Source: Octopus vulgaris (Eukaryota). From it: DNA of 64,000 nt. Location: the NCBI GenBank assembly GCA_951406725.2, contig OX597825.1, positions 18,104,001 through 18,168,000 on the forward strand, given 5' to 3'. The position numbers and the translations under genes were made by a program. This document shows, in pieces, positions 1-13,684 of this stretch. How positions within the stretch are numbered: the stretch's first letter is position 1; every line of letters starts with the position of its first letter. The notes below the pieces were generated by a model. That model was not told the origin of the DNA. It was given only the letters and a program-made list of their open reading frames with translations, and did not search any database.

Positions 1-818
1 TAGAATTATGCTTTGAAGTATCTAACTCACTTTAAAAATACAATCAGTGTCATTTATATTTCCAACGTAAAAATGGAACGCTGATTATACGTAATAGAAT
101 ATTAGATTCACATGGTGAAACAAATTGTCTTACATATATATATAAAAATAACCTACACCAAACCTTCAGAATGCTCCTCGCTTTCATTCTGTATAGCGAT
201 ATCTAACGCATACCGAGTCAGCTACTCCTCACATTCCGCGCGCTCTCATCCGTTCTTCCGCTTTCCTGATATTTATATATGTGTATGCGGAACCAATGAT
301 TGATTGCGCTTGTGTTTGCGTGCGCATGAGCAAGTGTGTACGTGTATTAGTGCATGAGCAAGTGTGCGCATCAGCAAGTCTGTGCGTGTATGTCTGTGTG
401 TGCGTGTCCGTGTGTGTGCGTTCATGCGTATGATAGTGTGTTAGTGCTTTTACTTTATCCAGATCTGTTTGATAGCATTCAGCATGTTCGTTAATGTCAA
501 TGAAGAAGCATGACCATACACATGTAAATACAAAGAAGCCCACACACAGGAATGCATAAACGTATGTGTGGTTGTATAAATGTGTGTGTTTGTGTGTGTG
601 TGTGTGTGTATGTGTGTGTGTGTATTGCATTTTAGTTTCATGTCAGATAAATCTCCAGGCGTGCTCACCATGTGTTGGAAATAGCGTCTATTTTTAGATG
701 ACGGCAAAGTATGTTACGTTTAGTACATTCTTTTTCATCCGTCAAATAGAGGGTAAAGCTTAAACATGCAGTTACATGCATATGTGCTTATATACACACA
801 CATGTACGGACTCACACA

Positions 819-1179
819 TGTGGCTAGGTGATCAGAAGCATGCTTTCCAACAACATGGCTGGAGGTTATCTTCTACTATAGCCTCGGCCCGACCAAAGCT
901 GTGTGGCTGAATTTGGTCGACGGAAACTGAAAGACGCCCCTCATATATATGCATATATATATGTGTGTGTGTATTTGTGCCTGCGCTTTCCCCCCGCCCC
1001 ACAGCTTGACAACCGGTGCTGGTGTGTTTACATCCCCGTAAGAGACCGATAGAATAAGTACCAGGCTTTCAAAGCATAAGTATTGGGGACGATACATCCT
1101 ACTAAAAATTCTTCAAGGTGGTGCCCCAGCATGGTCGTTGTCAATTAATTGAATCATATAACAGAATAAAGACAAAAGA
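819..1179 (+). mobile_element. tRNA-derived SINE family A, diverged near-full copy
   Basis: Shares blocks with better copies (7083-7495, 10915-11309): tcttctactatagcctcgg, gacggaaactgaaaga, internal TA/TG microsatellite, gagaccgatagaataagtac, ggtgccccagcatgg. Confidence 0.85.
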
Positions 1180-1234
1180 TTGAGGTCGGTGTGTACTTCA
1201 AGACAGAAAGGGAAACGAATTAGAATATACTATA

Positions 1235-1399
1235 TACGACGGGCTTCTTTCAGTTTCTGTCTACCAAATCCACTCACAAAGCTTTGGTCGGCCCGTGGCT
1301 ATAGTAGAAGACGCTTGCCCAAGGTGCCACGCAGTGGGAATGAACCCGGAACCATGTGGTTGGTAAGCAAGCTACTTACAAATAGCCACTCCAGCGCCT
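1235..1399 (-). mobile_element. SINE family A, 5' half (tRNA head plus CORE-like start)
   Basis: Reverse complement reads ggcgctggagtggct...ggttccgggttcattcccactgcgtggcaccttgggcaagcgtcttctactatagc, with Pol III A/B-box-like motifs. Confidence 0.9.
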
Positions 1400-1614
1400 T
1401 GTATGCATAGATGCTGAGGAAACACACACCTACACACACACATCCACACACACGGATACATACATACACAACCACACACATACATACATAATAACACAAA
1501 TGTTCACGCATGCCTATGTTAGTAGTGTCAGTTTGCGTACGCCCGCGGGTAAGTGTTTGTGTGAGGTTACGGTCGCATCTGTAGGACGAAGTTAGATTTT
1601 CTTATTCATAAATT

Positions 1615-1795
1615 ACAGTTCAATCAACCAAACCGATTATATATTGTATACTAGTATTTTGTGTAAACTGCCCAGAAAAGATACGCAAGAAATTCGGTTT
1701 TCATGCGATTTGAATTGAGAATCAAGAGATTTGAAAAGTAATACTGCGATGCATTTGGTCAGGCAATTTACCATCTCTGCATCAGCGCCGCCGCC
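1615..1795 (-). mobile_element. SINE family B, highly degenerate
   Basis: Residual atttgaattgagaatc...aatactgcgatgcattt...gccgcc aligns loosely with the B copy at 6085-6307. Confidence 0.4.
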
Positions 1796-2790
1796 GCTGC
1801 CACCATATTCATAACAGTCAAAGTAAATAAAAGATAAATGATGTTGTTTAGAACACTCTTAGAATATCTGACGTAGTAATTATTTTCTTTTCCATAATTT
1901 AATGAATATTCTTTAGAAATATAATACGGACATTAATATATAGTATTTTATGCTACTTTTTTTTCTTGTAGTTTGTTTGTGATTTTGTCATTTTCCTCTC
2001 TTTTGTCGTTTTTTTTTTCGTATATTTATTTTTTTTTTTTCTCTTTTTTTCAGAATTCGAACAATGAATTGAAGATGAACAGAATCTTAGTTGAAAAGAA
2101 TCTATTCTGACAATCCATTGATAATCATGTTGAATGAAGATTACAATTAAAAACGTTGTATAAAAGCAAATGATACAGGGGGAATAAAGTGCAGAAACAA
2201 TAGAAGAATTAACAGGATACTCGCCAGCATAATAGTGTCAGAATAATGATAAATATTTGATTGAGACACTGTAGAATACAACACCAACGAGAAAAAAATG
2301 TAGCGGTAAAAAGTAAAAATATATTACGTTGGTAAAAATCCATAACACACTGGCACAAGCCACATTGAAACCAACTCAGACGAACATATATTTTCGCCAT
2401 GGTTTGCGAATATCAAATTGCTTTCGTGTAAGTCCTTCCGTAAGTCAATGTGTTTGAGTGCGCGTATTTGTGTACGTGTGTTCTTGAGTATTTGTGACTG
2501 TGTGATTAAATGTGTATGTGAGAATTCACTAAGCATCATAGCTTGTATGTAGGAGCGTATACGAGAGCAGTGTGATATTCCATTGCTGAGAGACTTATAT
2601 AACCTAAGGAACAACACTTCTACTGTACGTTGAGTAATATTTTCCTATAATAAGCTATATGTGAATACAAACACTGTGGGCGAAACTAGGCGGTTATAGT
2701 AACCATGGATAAAGACAGGGAAGAAAAGTAACTTCCGACATTTTTAAGATTATTTTAGCCATCAAGGTTAAGATATTGACGTGCACCGCA

Positions 2791-2791
2791 A

Positions 2792-2825
<34 letters not shown>

Positions 2826-3027
2826 ATGTATGTGAGTGTATACATACATATATACTTATATATATATATATATTTATGTGTGTGTATACATACATATATA
2901 CTTATATATATATATGTGTATATATATATATATGTATGTGTATACATATATATATTTATATATATATATATATATGTATATATAAACATATGTATGTATG
3001 TATACACACATGCATACATACATATAC

Positions 3028-3060
<33 letters not shown>

Positions 3061-3155
3061 TATATATATATATGTATATATATATATGCATAAATATATA
3101 TGCATATATATATGCATGTATGTATGTATGTATGTATGTATGTATGTATGTATGT
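2791..3155. repeat. compound (TA)n/(CA)n/(TATG)n microsatellite
   Basis: Visible directly. Confidence 0.95.
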
Positions 3156-3655
3156 GAGTGCTTTTATCAATGTCTCTGTTGGAAGAGATAGAGTGAGAGA
3201 GAAAGAGAGACAGAGGCAGAGAGAGAGAGAGACAAAGGCGCAAAAAGGGTTTTATTTCTGGTAACAAAAACTGCTACTCTCTGACATTAGCCGCATTGTG
3301 TCATTTACAAGTTTCGAATACGCCCAAGGCTTACGAGTGAAAGGTCCTACATTCTATACAAACACACATACGCAAACGCAAACGCACATACACACATGTA
3401 CGACTATGTGCACTTGAGTTGGTGTAAGTATATGAGAGACGGAATGGAGGAAAGAGAAAGAAACAGAGACGGAAAGAATCAGTGTGATCAAGCTGAAAAG
3501 ATGATGTAAGATCCCAACACCTGCAAGCGCCCGAGTGTCTATTATCCGCTGTAGATATGTCATCTATTTGACTTCATTGCATTGAAACTGCCATTCAAAA
3601 TGGATTGTATATTGCAGAAACACAATTCAACTTCCTATAATTCTAATACTTACAA

Positions 3656-4360
<705 letters not shown>

Positions 4361-4689
4361 TGCATCTTTTATTTTTTTCCTTAGCAAAATACTCCAAAAT
4401 AAATCAAATGAACAACGTTAATCCGTTTGTGATATTTTCATGGAAAAATGGACAAATATAGATAGAATTCAAAGCATGTGCCAGGATTCTAATTCCTTTT
4501 CACCATACGTATGACTCTGTCCCGAGCACTAACAAGGTATTTCTATTGTTGTTATTCTCGCTCTCCAGGAACTATGCGTCATACATGTAAACCTTATTAA
4601 ATGATTGATATACTGAGGAGGTGACAAGGACAAAGTTATAGAAGAGGAAACTGAGATAGAGGAGGGTGAACGGAAAGAGTCACAGATAA

Positions 4690-5300
4690 AAAAGTGAGGG
4701 AAGAAATGTAAAGGGGGGGGCAGAAAGAGGAAGGATGGGGGAGGGGATGGTGGAGGGGATGGAGGAAGATGAGATGAAGAAGAAGAAGAAGAAGAAGAAG
4801 AAGAAGAAGAAGAAGAAGAAGAAAAAGAAGAAGAAGAAGAAGAAGAGAAAAGAAAAGTAGAAGAAAAAGTGGAAGAAAACGAAAAAGAAGGAGAAGAAAA
4901 AGAAAAAGGAGGAGAAGGGCAAGAAGAAAAAGAAGAAGAAGAAGAAGAAGGAGAAGAAGAAAAGAAGAAGAAGAAGGAGAAGAAGAAAAGAAGAAGAAGA
5001 AGAAAAGAAGAAGAAGAAGAAGACGAAGAAAAAGAAGTATAAGAAGAAGAAGAAGAACAAGAACAACGCCAACAAGTTGATTATGAACGGAAGGAGGAGG
5101 AGATGGAGAAAGATGAGATGAAGTAGAAGAAAAAGAAGAGAAGAAGAAATGGAAGAAGGAGAAGAAGAAGAAGAAGAAGAAGAAGAAGAAGAAGAAGAAG
5201 AAGAAGAAGAAGAAGAAGAAGAAGAAGACGACGGAGAAGAACAAGAGCAAAAACAACAACGCCAACAATTTGATGACGATGAAGATGATGATGAAGACGA
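4690..5300. repeat. polypurine tract with (GAA)n arrays
   Basis: (GAA)n at about 4775-5055 and 5150-5228, nearly all purine on the + strand. Confidence 0.95.
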
Positions 5301-6084
5301 TACCCGTATTGAAAACGAAAGAAATTATTAGTTCTATAGAATTAAGCCTGGCAACTATTTTTTTCTTTGTCTTTGCTTTACTCAAAAAAGGTTGATTTGA
5401 TACTCTCTTACCACTTCTGATTTGCATACTCTCTACCACATCTACCCTGTGATTTTCGCCAAAAAAAATAGAAAGAAAGAAAAATTAACATAATCCAAGA
5501 ATATATATTCAGAATATGTTTTGTTGCATTTTAAGTCAATGGTATTATGTTAATTCCTGCGAGGCATTTCTTTAGCTACCATTCTGTGCATGAATTTTAT
5601 CTAAATCATTCATGTTGTTAAAAATAGCGCATTATACTTAATTTCTTTAAGAATAAGATGACATTGTTCTTTTAGAATATCAAAAAAAGTTAGTGCTTAA
5701 TAAAAATATCAGTACGTCTGACTTGAACAAGTTCCAGCAAACTTGGGTCATCTAAGTATTCGAGGAATCTTCACGAAAGTAATAGAGGATTCTTTTATAA
5801 TTGAGATATTACCGTCTCCAAAAGGGGTGAACATAAAGGATTCTGTTGTTCGACGTATACAATATTTGAGATATGGATAGGCTCCAACACGACGTGAAAA
5901 AGAATATACACTGGAACAGTTACAAGGACAACAAAAATATAGTTTATTTAATTCTGAAGGAAGATGACATATCATGTAATATATATTGGTGTATTATAAA
6001 GTACGAAAGATAGCAAAGGAGACTGAATGGGGAATTCTATGCCAAATATGCAACGCAGTTAAAAATAGTAAAAATGTTTCTTGT

Positions 6085-6307
6085 ATTTTATTTCTCACGT
6101 GGGGGTAAACACAGAGGAGACAAACAAAGACAAAGGGATTAAGTCGATTACATCGATCCCAGTGCGCAACTGGTACTTAATTTATCGACCCCGAAAAGAT
6201 GAACAGCAAAGTCGACCTCGGCGGAATTTGAACTTGGAACGTAACGACGGACGAAATACGGCTACGCATTTCGCCCGGCATGCTAACGTTTCGGCCAGCT
6301 CGCCGCC
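6085..6307 (-). mobile_element. tRNA-derived SINE family B, full copy, tail type 1
   Basis: Reverse complement: ggcggcgagctggccgaaacgttagc...aagttcaaattccgccgaggtcgac...catcttttcggggtcgataaattaagtaccag...; closely similar to 6559-6790 and 59787-60017. Confidence 0.92.
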
Positions 6308-6521
6308 TTATATTAGCACTAATAGGAAATTAATATCTTGCTGGAAGTAGATTAAGCCCTGAAATTAATTTGAATACACCTAATTAATAATTTAATATAT
6401 TCTTCTCGTTAATAATTTTGCTGCTTTATTTACAACGAGTAAACACAAGCCCTTCTAACACACTTCTACATTACATCTACTAAAGAAAAAACATAACTTC
6501 TCAAGAATATATATTTATAAT

Positions 6522-6918
6522 CGCAGGAGTCGTAACAAATTTGCTTCCCAACAATATGTATTTCCTTACTACCCACAATGGGCTAAACACAGAGGGGGCG
6601 GGGACAAACAAGGACAGACAAACGGATTAAGTCAATTATATCGACCCAGTGTGTAACTGGTACATATTTAATCGACCCCGAAAGGATGAAAGGCAAAGTC
6701 GACCTCGGCGTAATTTGAACTCAGAACGTAGCGGTAGACGAAATACTGCTAAGCATTTCGCCCGGCGTGCTAACGATTCTGCCAGCTCGCTTCCCAACAA
6801 TATGGGTTTCAGTTCAGTGGGATTGTGAAACATCTATGGCTAGTATCATCTACTGTATATGGACCAATCAAAGCCTTGTGGGTGGCTATAGTGAACGGAA
6901 GCTGAAAGAAGCCCGTCT
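6522..6918 (+). mobile_element. old SINE family A 5' half, split by a SINE B insertion
   Basis: cgcaggag...tttgcttcccaacaatatg continues after the insert as ...caaagccttgtgggtgg...acggaagctgaaagaagcccgtc. Confidence 0.7.
6559..6790 (-). mobile_element. SINE family B, full copy with 14-16 bp target-site duplication
   Basis: Flanked by the direct repeat gcttcccaacaatatg (6543-6558 and 6789-6804). Confidence 0.95.
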
Positions 6919-7082
6919 TCTGTCGGTTTTCTTTTCGGGGGTGGGCAGAGCTTCTAAATTACGGGTAGGCAAACAAGTTAACATTGGTTAGTAAGCGGTG
7001 GTGACGGACACAAACACAAAGGAGTACCTGCATATATATATATATATATACATATGTTTACATGTGTGCGTATATGTATATA

Positions 7083-7495
7083 GGCGTAGGAGTGGCGTTG
7101 TGGTAAGGAGCTTGCTTACCAATCACATGGTTCCAGGATCAGTCCCACTGCGTGGCATCTTGGGCAATTGGCTTCTACTATAGCCTCGGGCCGACCAAAG
7201 CCTTGTGAGTGTATTTGGTAGACGGAAACTGAAAAAGGCCCGTCGTTTATATGTATATATATGTATGTGTGTGTATATATGTTTGTGGGTCTATGTTTGC
7301 CCCCCCCCCCAACATCCCTTGGCAACCGATGCTGGTGTGTTTAAGAACCCGTAACTTAGCGGTTTGGCAAAAGACACCGACAGAATAAGTACTAAGCTTA
7401 CAAAGAAAGCTCCTGGGGTCGATTCGCTCGACTAAAAGGTGGTGCTGCAGCATGGCCACAGTCAAATGACTGAAAGAAGTAAAAGAATAAAAGAG
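7083..7495 (+). mobile_element. SINE family A, full-length (about 410 bp)
   Basis: A-box-like tggcgttgtgg, B-box-like ggatcagtcc, catcttgggcaa CORE-like motif, internal microsatellite, 3' tail gtaaaagaataaaagag. Confidence 0.93.
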
Positions 7496-7589
7496 TATAT
7501 ATATATATATATATATATATACATACAACCATGTCTGTATATAGACATTTTGGAACATATGTATATATCTCTATGCAGGTGCTCCTTTG

Positions 7590-7805
7590 ACTTTTTGAGT
7601 TTGTGTCCCTCATCTCTGCTTAATAACCAATGTTATTTTGTTCACCTACCCGTAATTTAGTGGTTTTGCCAAAAAGAAAAAAAAAAGGTAAGAAAGCCGG
7701 CAGAAGGAATATCAGGATTCAAAAGTAATATATTCGACTAAATCTTTGAATGCGGTGCCTCAGCTAGGCTGTCGTCTAGTCATTGAAACAAGTATAAGAT
7801 AAAAA
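7590..7805 (+). mobile_element. SINE family A, degenerate 3' half
   Basis: ttgtgtcccc...cccgtaatttagtggtttt...gcggtgcctcagc...tgaaacaagtataagataaaa. Confidence 0.65.
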
Positions 7806-9292
7806 TGAAGGGTGTTCATTCCATGTATAGTTTCCACACTCGTTTTTTCTCGAGGAAAGATACGATAATAAAAATCTAACAAGAAACGTAATTGTTTCCT
7901 TTTAGTAATTCCGAGCCGTCTCATTAATACCTCATAATATCATTCTTCTCTTACTTGAATCAAAAGATATAAGCAAATTCTTCTTATTGCAGACACAATA
8001 TTGCATCTAGCACAGACAAAATGAAACAAGATGTGGTATTTATAAACTCTTAAGACATTTACTTTCAACCCTACGATAACTAAACTAATTGCAAATTCAT
8101 GATACACTAAAAATAAAATTTATTTCTCGGGAGGTTTCGTCAATTTCTAAGCATCATTGTAAACATTTCGACACTTAGGATATATATCATTTGAATACCT
8201 GATTCCCAACAAGCATATTATATAGGAAGAGACGAAAGTAAATATATAGATAACTGAAATAAATTATCGATTTTATGATGAGATTCTATTTCAGAATGTA
8301 GGCTACGATTTCTTGCAGGTATGAAGAACAAAAGACTTTTTTTTTTTAAAAATAAGAATAAAGATACAAAGCAATTTATGTTGAAAATATCTCAAGAGTT
8401 ATGCGGCTTTCTAACTATGACTCAGATTTCGTTAAATCTCCTTAGAATGATATGTAAATATATAAAAAAGAAATGACAAATCTTCAATGATATTAAATTG
8501 AAATGAACTTCTTTGATGTATTTCCAAGAAAGTTTTACTTGTAGACTGCTCATTCTATGACTTCATCGAAATATAAGCATTGAGGTTTCATATTTTGTCA
8601 ATAAAACAAGATGTTTTATGTTGTCTTCAGCTCCGTATCACTGACATCTCGTTAGCTCAACGAAGCAAACTTTCAACGATGTCAGTAGTTAAGTACAATC
8701 CGTTTAAGACAATAGACCAGTGTAGTACTGATAGATGCCTTAGTTAACAAGCAGAGAAATCAACAATTCGGAGGTTAAGGAGTCTATATGGATGTGTTGC
8801 AATGCTCACATAGTGAACAGTGAACGTAACTAATTGTCTGAATCGAATCTGGTTCAATATTTTTCATATAACGAGATGTGTTCAATCACTCGTACCTAAT
8901 ATGTAACAATTCATCTTAATTTAACAGCATAAAGCTCTAATTAGGCACAAGTAAAAATTATGCATAAAATATCTTGACTCCATGGGGTCCACGAATATAA
9001 AAATTAGTTAATTTCATTTAAAAAATTTTAGGGAAATGAATACTGCAAAATAAACTTTATTTCCTCAGTTTATAATTGGAATAATTCAACAGTATTTCTA
9101 ATATTCAGGAAAAATTGTCTTTCTATATATATATATAATGATATATGTAAAAATGTATATATGGATACTTAAACATAAATTTGTAAATATACATGTATAC
9201 ACATATGTATACAGACACACGTCAGTATATATATTTTTAAATGTGTATTTATGTCCATGTATCGGCGTGTATGTGTGTGTGTATATGAGTGT

Positions 9293-9481
9293 GAGGGGAT
9301 GCTGAATTGTTCCTGACTTTGGGTAGAAGTAAATACATGAGAGTCAGTTTATTAGGATTCTATTCAACATATTTACCCCCTCGTATCAACACACAAACTG
9401 CAGCAGTCCTTCAGTTTATCTAAGCCCTGTAAATGAACTCGGAATGCTGGTCTTACAGCCAGGACTTTTGCGATACCCTTA
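9293..9481 (-). mobile_element. mariner-derived non-autonomous remnant (transposase C-terminus plus terminal repeat)
   Basis: Minus strand translates, with frameshifts, to LQGLDKLKDCCSLCVDTRG..YVE*, like the mariner C-terminal RWxKCVxLxGxYVE. The ends resemble each other as a degenerate inverted repeat. Confidence 0.6.
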
Positions 9482-9505
9482 CACCTTGGAACATCATGTC
9501 TGTAT

Positions 9506-9930
<425 letters not shown>

Positions 9931-10065
9931 TCTTTTTTTCTTCTTATTTTCATCCCCCAAAAGAAAAGCTCTACCTTGTAATTTGTCCCATCTGTGTGCA
10001 GCCCTGTGTGGCCAATAAAGAAACTTATCTATATATATATATACACACATATATATGTTTTATTA

Positions 10066-10360
10066 TTTTATTCTTTTACTCTTTCACTTGTTTCAGTCAT
10101 TTACCTTTGGCCCTACTCGAGTACCCACTTTAGTCGAAGAAATCGACACCAGGACATTCTCTCTAAGCCTAGGACTTGATATACCTGTCCCTTTTCCCGA
10201 ACCGCTAGATTACGGTGACGTAAATACACTAACATTGGTTGTCAAGCGATAATGTGGAGACAGACACAGACACTCAAATACATACACACACACACAAACG
10301 CACACATACATACATACATACATATATATATATATAGGACAGGTTTCTTTCAGTTTCCCT
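10066..10360 (-). mobile_element. SINE family A, 3' two-thirds, diverged
   Basis: acttgtttcagtcattt...tttagtcgaagaaatcgac...gacgtaaatacac...ggttgtcaagcgat...ttctttcagtttcc. Confidence 0.8.
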
Positions 10361-10390
10361 TTGTCAGTTTAACTCTACATTTTTTCTTTT

Positions 10391-10767
10391 ATTATTTCCA
10401 CCTTAGCGAAGTTAGAGGCATTGTTTTCAGTCGTGTTTGTTTGTTTGTTTACTTGTCCGTGGACAAGAAACCTGAAGAACCGCTAGATGGATTCTAATGA
10501 AACTTCTAGGAAGATTTGGCTGCATACCTGGCACGAACCGTTTAGATTTTGAAATTAATCTGTTACCGGAGAAAGATTTTGGATCATTTTCCCTGTGTTC
10601 TTTTATTTAGTTTTTGAGAGCGGTCGGATTCATTTTTAGTATTCTCGCTTGTGAGAGCAGTCGAGTCTATTTCAGATTTTCTCATTTTAAAAATCATCTT
10701 TGGCTAATCGTCGAGAGTACGTTGGTTCTGCCTTGGCAGAGATTTGTGATCTCTGAGTGCTCTTGTT
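10391..10767 (+). mobile_element. Helentron/HINE-like non-autonomous element, degenerate
   Basis: 5' ttatttccacc...ttgttttcagtcgtgtttgtttgtttgttt (a GTTT microsatellite near the 5' end); 3' gccttggcagagatttgtgatctctgagtgctcttgtt. This layout is recalled from HINE/DINE-type elements; T-rich flanks. Confidence 0.55.
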
Positions 10768-10914
10768 ATTATATATTTACGTTTTACTGGTGGTATCTGC
10801 ACGATAACCCTGAAGATACATTGGCTGCAGGATACCGATTTGGAAAAAACTATTGTACTTCGCATCAGTTATTCATCAAATCGATTCCCTAGCAGACTCA
10901 GAACCTTTATTATA

Positions 10915-11309
10915 TACTCTTTTACTTGCTTCAGTCATTTGACTGCGGCCATGCTGGAGCACCGCCTTTAATCGAGCAAATTGAACCCAGGACTTATTCT
11001 TTGTAAGCCCAGTACTTATTCTATTGGTCTCTTTTGCCGACCTGCTAAGTTACAGGGACTAAAACACACCAGCATCGGTTGTCAAACGATGTTGGTGGGA
11101 CAAACACAGACACAAACATATGCACACATACATATATAGACATATATACGCCGGGCTTCTTTCAGTTTCCGTCTACCAAATCCACTCACAAGGATTTGGT
11201 CAGCCCGCGGCTATAGTAGAAGATAACTGCCCAAGCTGCCACGCAGTGGGACTGAACCTATAAAGATGTGATTGGTAAGCAAGCTATTTACCCCACAGCC
11301 ACTCCTGCC
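10915..11309 (-). mobile_element. SINE family A, full-length
   Basis: Collinear with the reverse complement of 7083-7495 over its whole length. Confidence 0.93.
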
Positions 11310-11941
11310 ATTTTCCATTTCCTGCCATTCTAGATGCGATATCTCATGCTCTTTTCATTATTCAGTTATAGTACTTAAATTAAGAAATTGTGTTCAGTTG
11401 TTTGGAATGTCACAGTCCCCAGATTTTGAAGCACCCTGGGAATCAACTATTTCGCTTAGCATGTAACGACGGCAGTTGGTAGTCGTCACCTCGTCTCAGT
11501 ATGAAATGTCTGGTTTGCATATTACATGCATTTGCTGTACATATGTTACACATGAGCACAAGTTTGTGGTAATATTTTAAAGTCATCTTACAATGAAGAA
11601 TAACAATAGCTTAAGCTTTGGCAGTAGATAATGGTATCAAAAATAGAATATCTTGACAATAAATCTGTATTTCGAAATTTAGCGATACTTTGAAGAATGG
11701 GGGTATCAATGCCGACACAGAAGGAAATTGACTTGCAACGAGAGTTTAGCATCGAAGTAAGAAATAAAAATATTAATAGAAGCTTTCATACTCTAATTGC
11801 GAGCGACAATTTTCTTTCGACGAATAGCTTATATTATGCATAAAAGACGTAAAAATGATAAAAACAGCCAAAAATGTCGGATCCCACTAATGAGAAGGAC
11901 GCAGTTGACCTGTCAGTGCACACGCAATCGCACACACATGT

Positions 11942-12008
11942 ATGGTACTTAATTCGTCAACCCCATAATGATGAAAGGCTAACACTTACACGGTGGAATT
12001 TGAACTCA
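11942..12008 (-). mobile_element. SINE family B central fragment
   Basis: tggtacttaattcgtcaacccc...gatgaaaggc...ggtggaatttgaactca. Confidence 0.6.
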
Positions 12009-12081
12009 TACACACAAACACACGAACACTAGTACATAAATATATATATATATATGTATACATACACGTGTAAATATACAT

Positions 12082-12127
<46 letters not shown>

Positions 12128-12194
12128 ATACATACACATGTAAATATACATACATACACACATATATATATATATAATATATATATATGTATGT

Positions 12195-12415
12195 GTGTGT
12201 ATATGTTTGTGTCTGTGTTTGTCCCCCCCACCATCGCTTGACAACCGATGGTGGTGTATTTACGTCCCCGTCACTTAGCGGTTCGGTAAAAAGAGACCGA
12301 TAGAATAAGTACTGGGCTTACAAAGAATAAGTCCCGGGGTCGATTTGCTCGACTAAAGGCGCTGCTCCAGCATGGCCGCAGTCAAATGACTGAAACAAGT
12401 AAAAGAGTAAAAGAG
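12195..12415 (+). mobile_element. SINE family A, 3' half, young-looking
   Basis: gtttgtccccccaccatcgcttgacaaccgatg...gctccagcatggccgcagtcaaatgactgaaacaagtaaaagagtaaaagag, embedded in (TA)n. Confidence 0.92.
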
Positions 12416-12488
<73 letters not shown>

Positions 12489-13188
12489 CATACATGTAGA
12501 TACATGTATAAATGCCATTATTCATGCATATTTGTTGTATGTGTTGGAATGCATTAATCTACGCATGCGTATAATGCATATACAGGAAATGTTCTAGCTC
12601 TTGTTCCTGCGTTTACATAATGTTCTGGTTTTCTGTAATTATAGAAATATCCCACAGTGCGAGCAAACTTTTGAATCAAACGACTGTGAAAATGTGTTGT
12701 CTGTCATTAAAATTTATGTTTTTAGCATATCAGAACCCAGCCTCGAGGAGTCTGCGACAAAGCACTAAATCTGTCAGTTAACTCTATAATGGGGATTGAC
12801 TGCCGCGATTTTAATGTCATATTACGTAAAGAAATATAATATCTGCGTGCAGTGTATTAGTTAAGGAAGTGTTAAAATATTTAAAGCAGATAGCATTAAA
12901 ATCCGACTCCGAGAAGTTACGTGTAGTGTAAAAATAATTCATGGGTAACTTATACTCTCATATTTTTGTAGTAATTACGAGATATAGCTCTGTAGGTGTT
13001 ATGATTTAATCTGATCTTATCAGCAAGGCTTAGTCTCTTACGTGATTTTCCAAAGTGCACCAAGTGAATATATAAATGATATTCCTTTAATTAGTGTATA
13101 AAACAGATATACAAAGTTTAATGTAATAGTAGTGTCTAGGTCTGAGAAAGACGGCTCCACAAGTTCTAACTGAGCAATCTGCACATAG

Positions 13189-13587
13189 TCTTTACTCTTT
13201 TACTTGTTTCAGTCATTTGACTGCGGCCATGCTGGAGCACCGCCTTTAGTCGAGCAAATCGAGCCCGGGACTTATTCTTTGTAAGCCCAGTACTTATTAT
13301 ATCGGTCTCTTTTTTGCAAAAACGGTAGATAACGGGGACGTAAACACACCAGCATCGGTTGTGAAGCAATGCTAGGGGGACAAACACAGACACACAAACA
13401 CACACACACATATATATATATACATATATACCACAGTCTTCTTTCAGTTTCCGTCTACCAAATCAACTCACAAGGCATTGGTCGGCCCGGGGCTATAGCA
13501 GAAGACACTTGCCCAAGATGCCACGCAGTGGGACTGACCCGGGAACTATGTGGATGTTTAGCAAGCTACTTACCACACAGCCACTCT
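13189..13587 (-). mobile_element. SINE family A, full-length
   Basis: Collinear with 10915-11309. Confidence 0.93.
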
Positions 13588-13684
13588 TAGTTTATAATTA
13601 TCAAATGTGTGAGCTGCACAAAAGCCCACTCTTTCGATGTAACCGATGTTGCTTGAATAAATGCGTGGTGTGCCGCGCGTCATA

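Noticed and set aside
8580-8635. Minus-strand CTGAAGA, hairpin and GAAAC resembling a hammerhead
   Set aside because: About nine unpaired bases separate the hairpin from GAAA, and there is no stem III/NUH or stem I pairing.
10826-10895. Imperfect hairpin as a pre-miRNA
   Set aside because: The stem is short and interrupted and the loop exceeds 30 nt.
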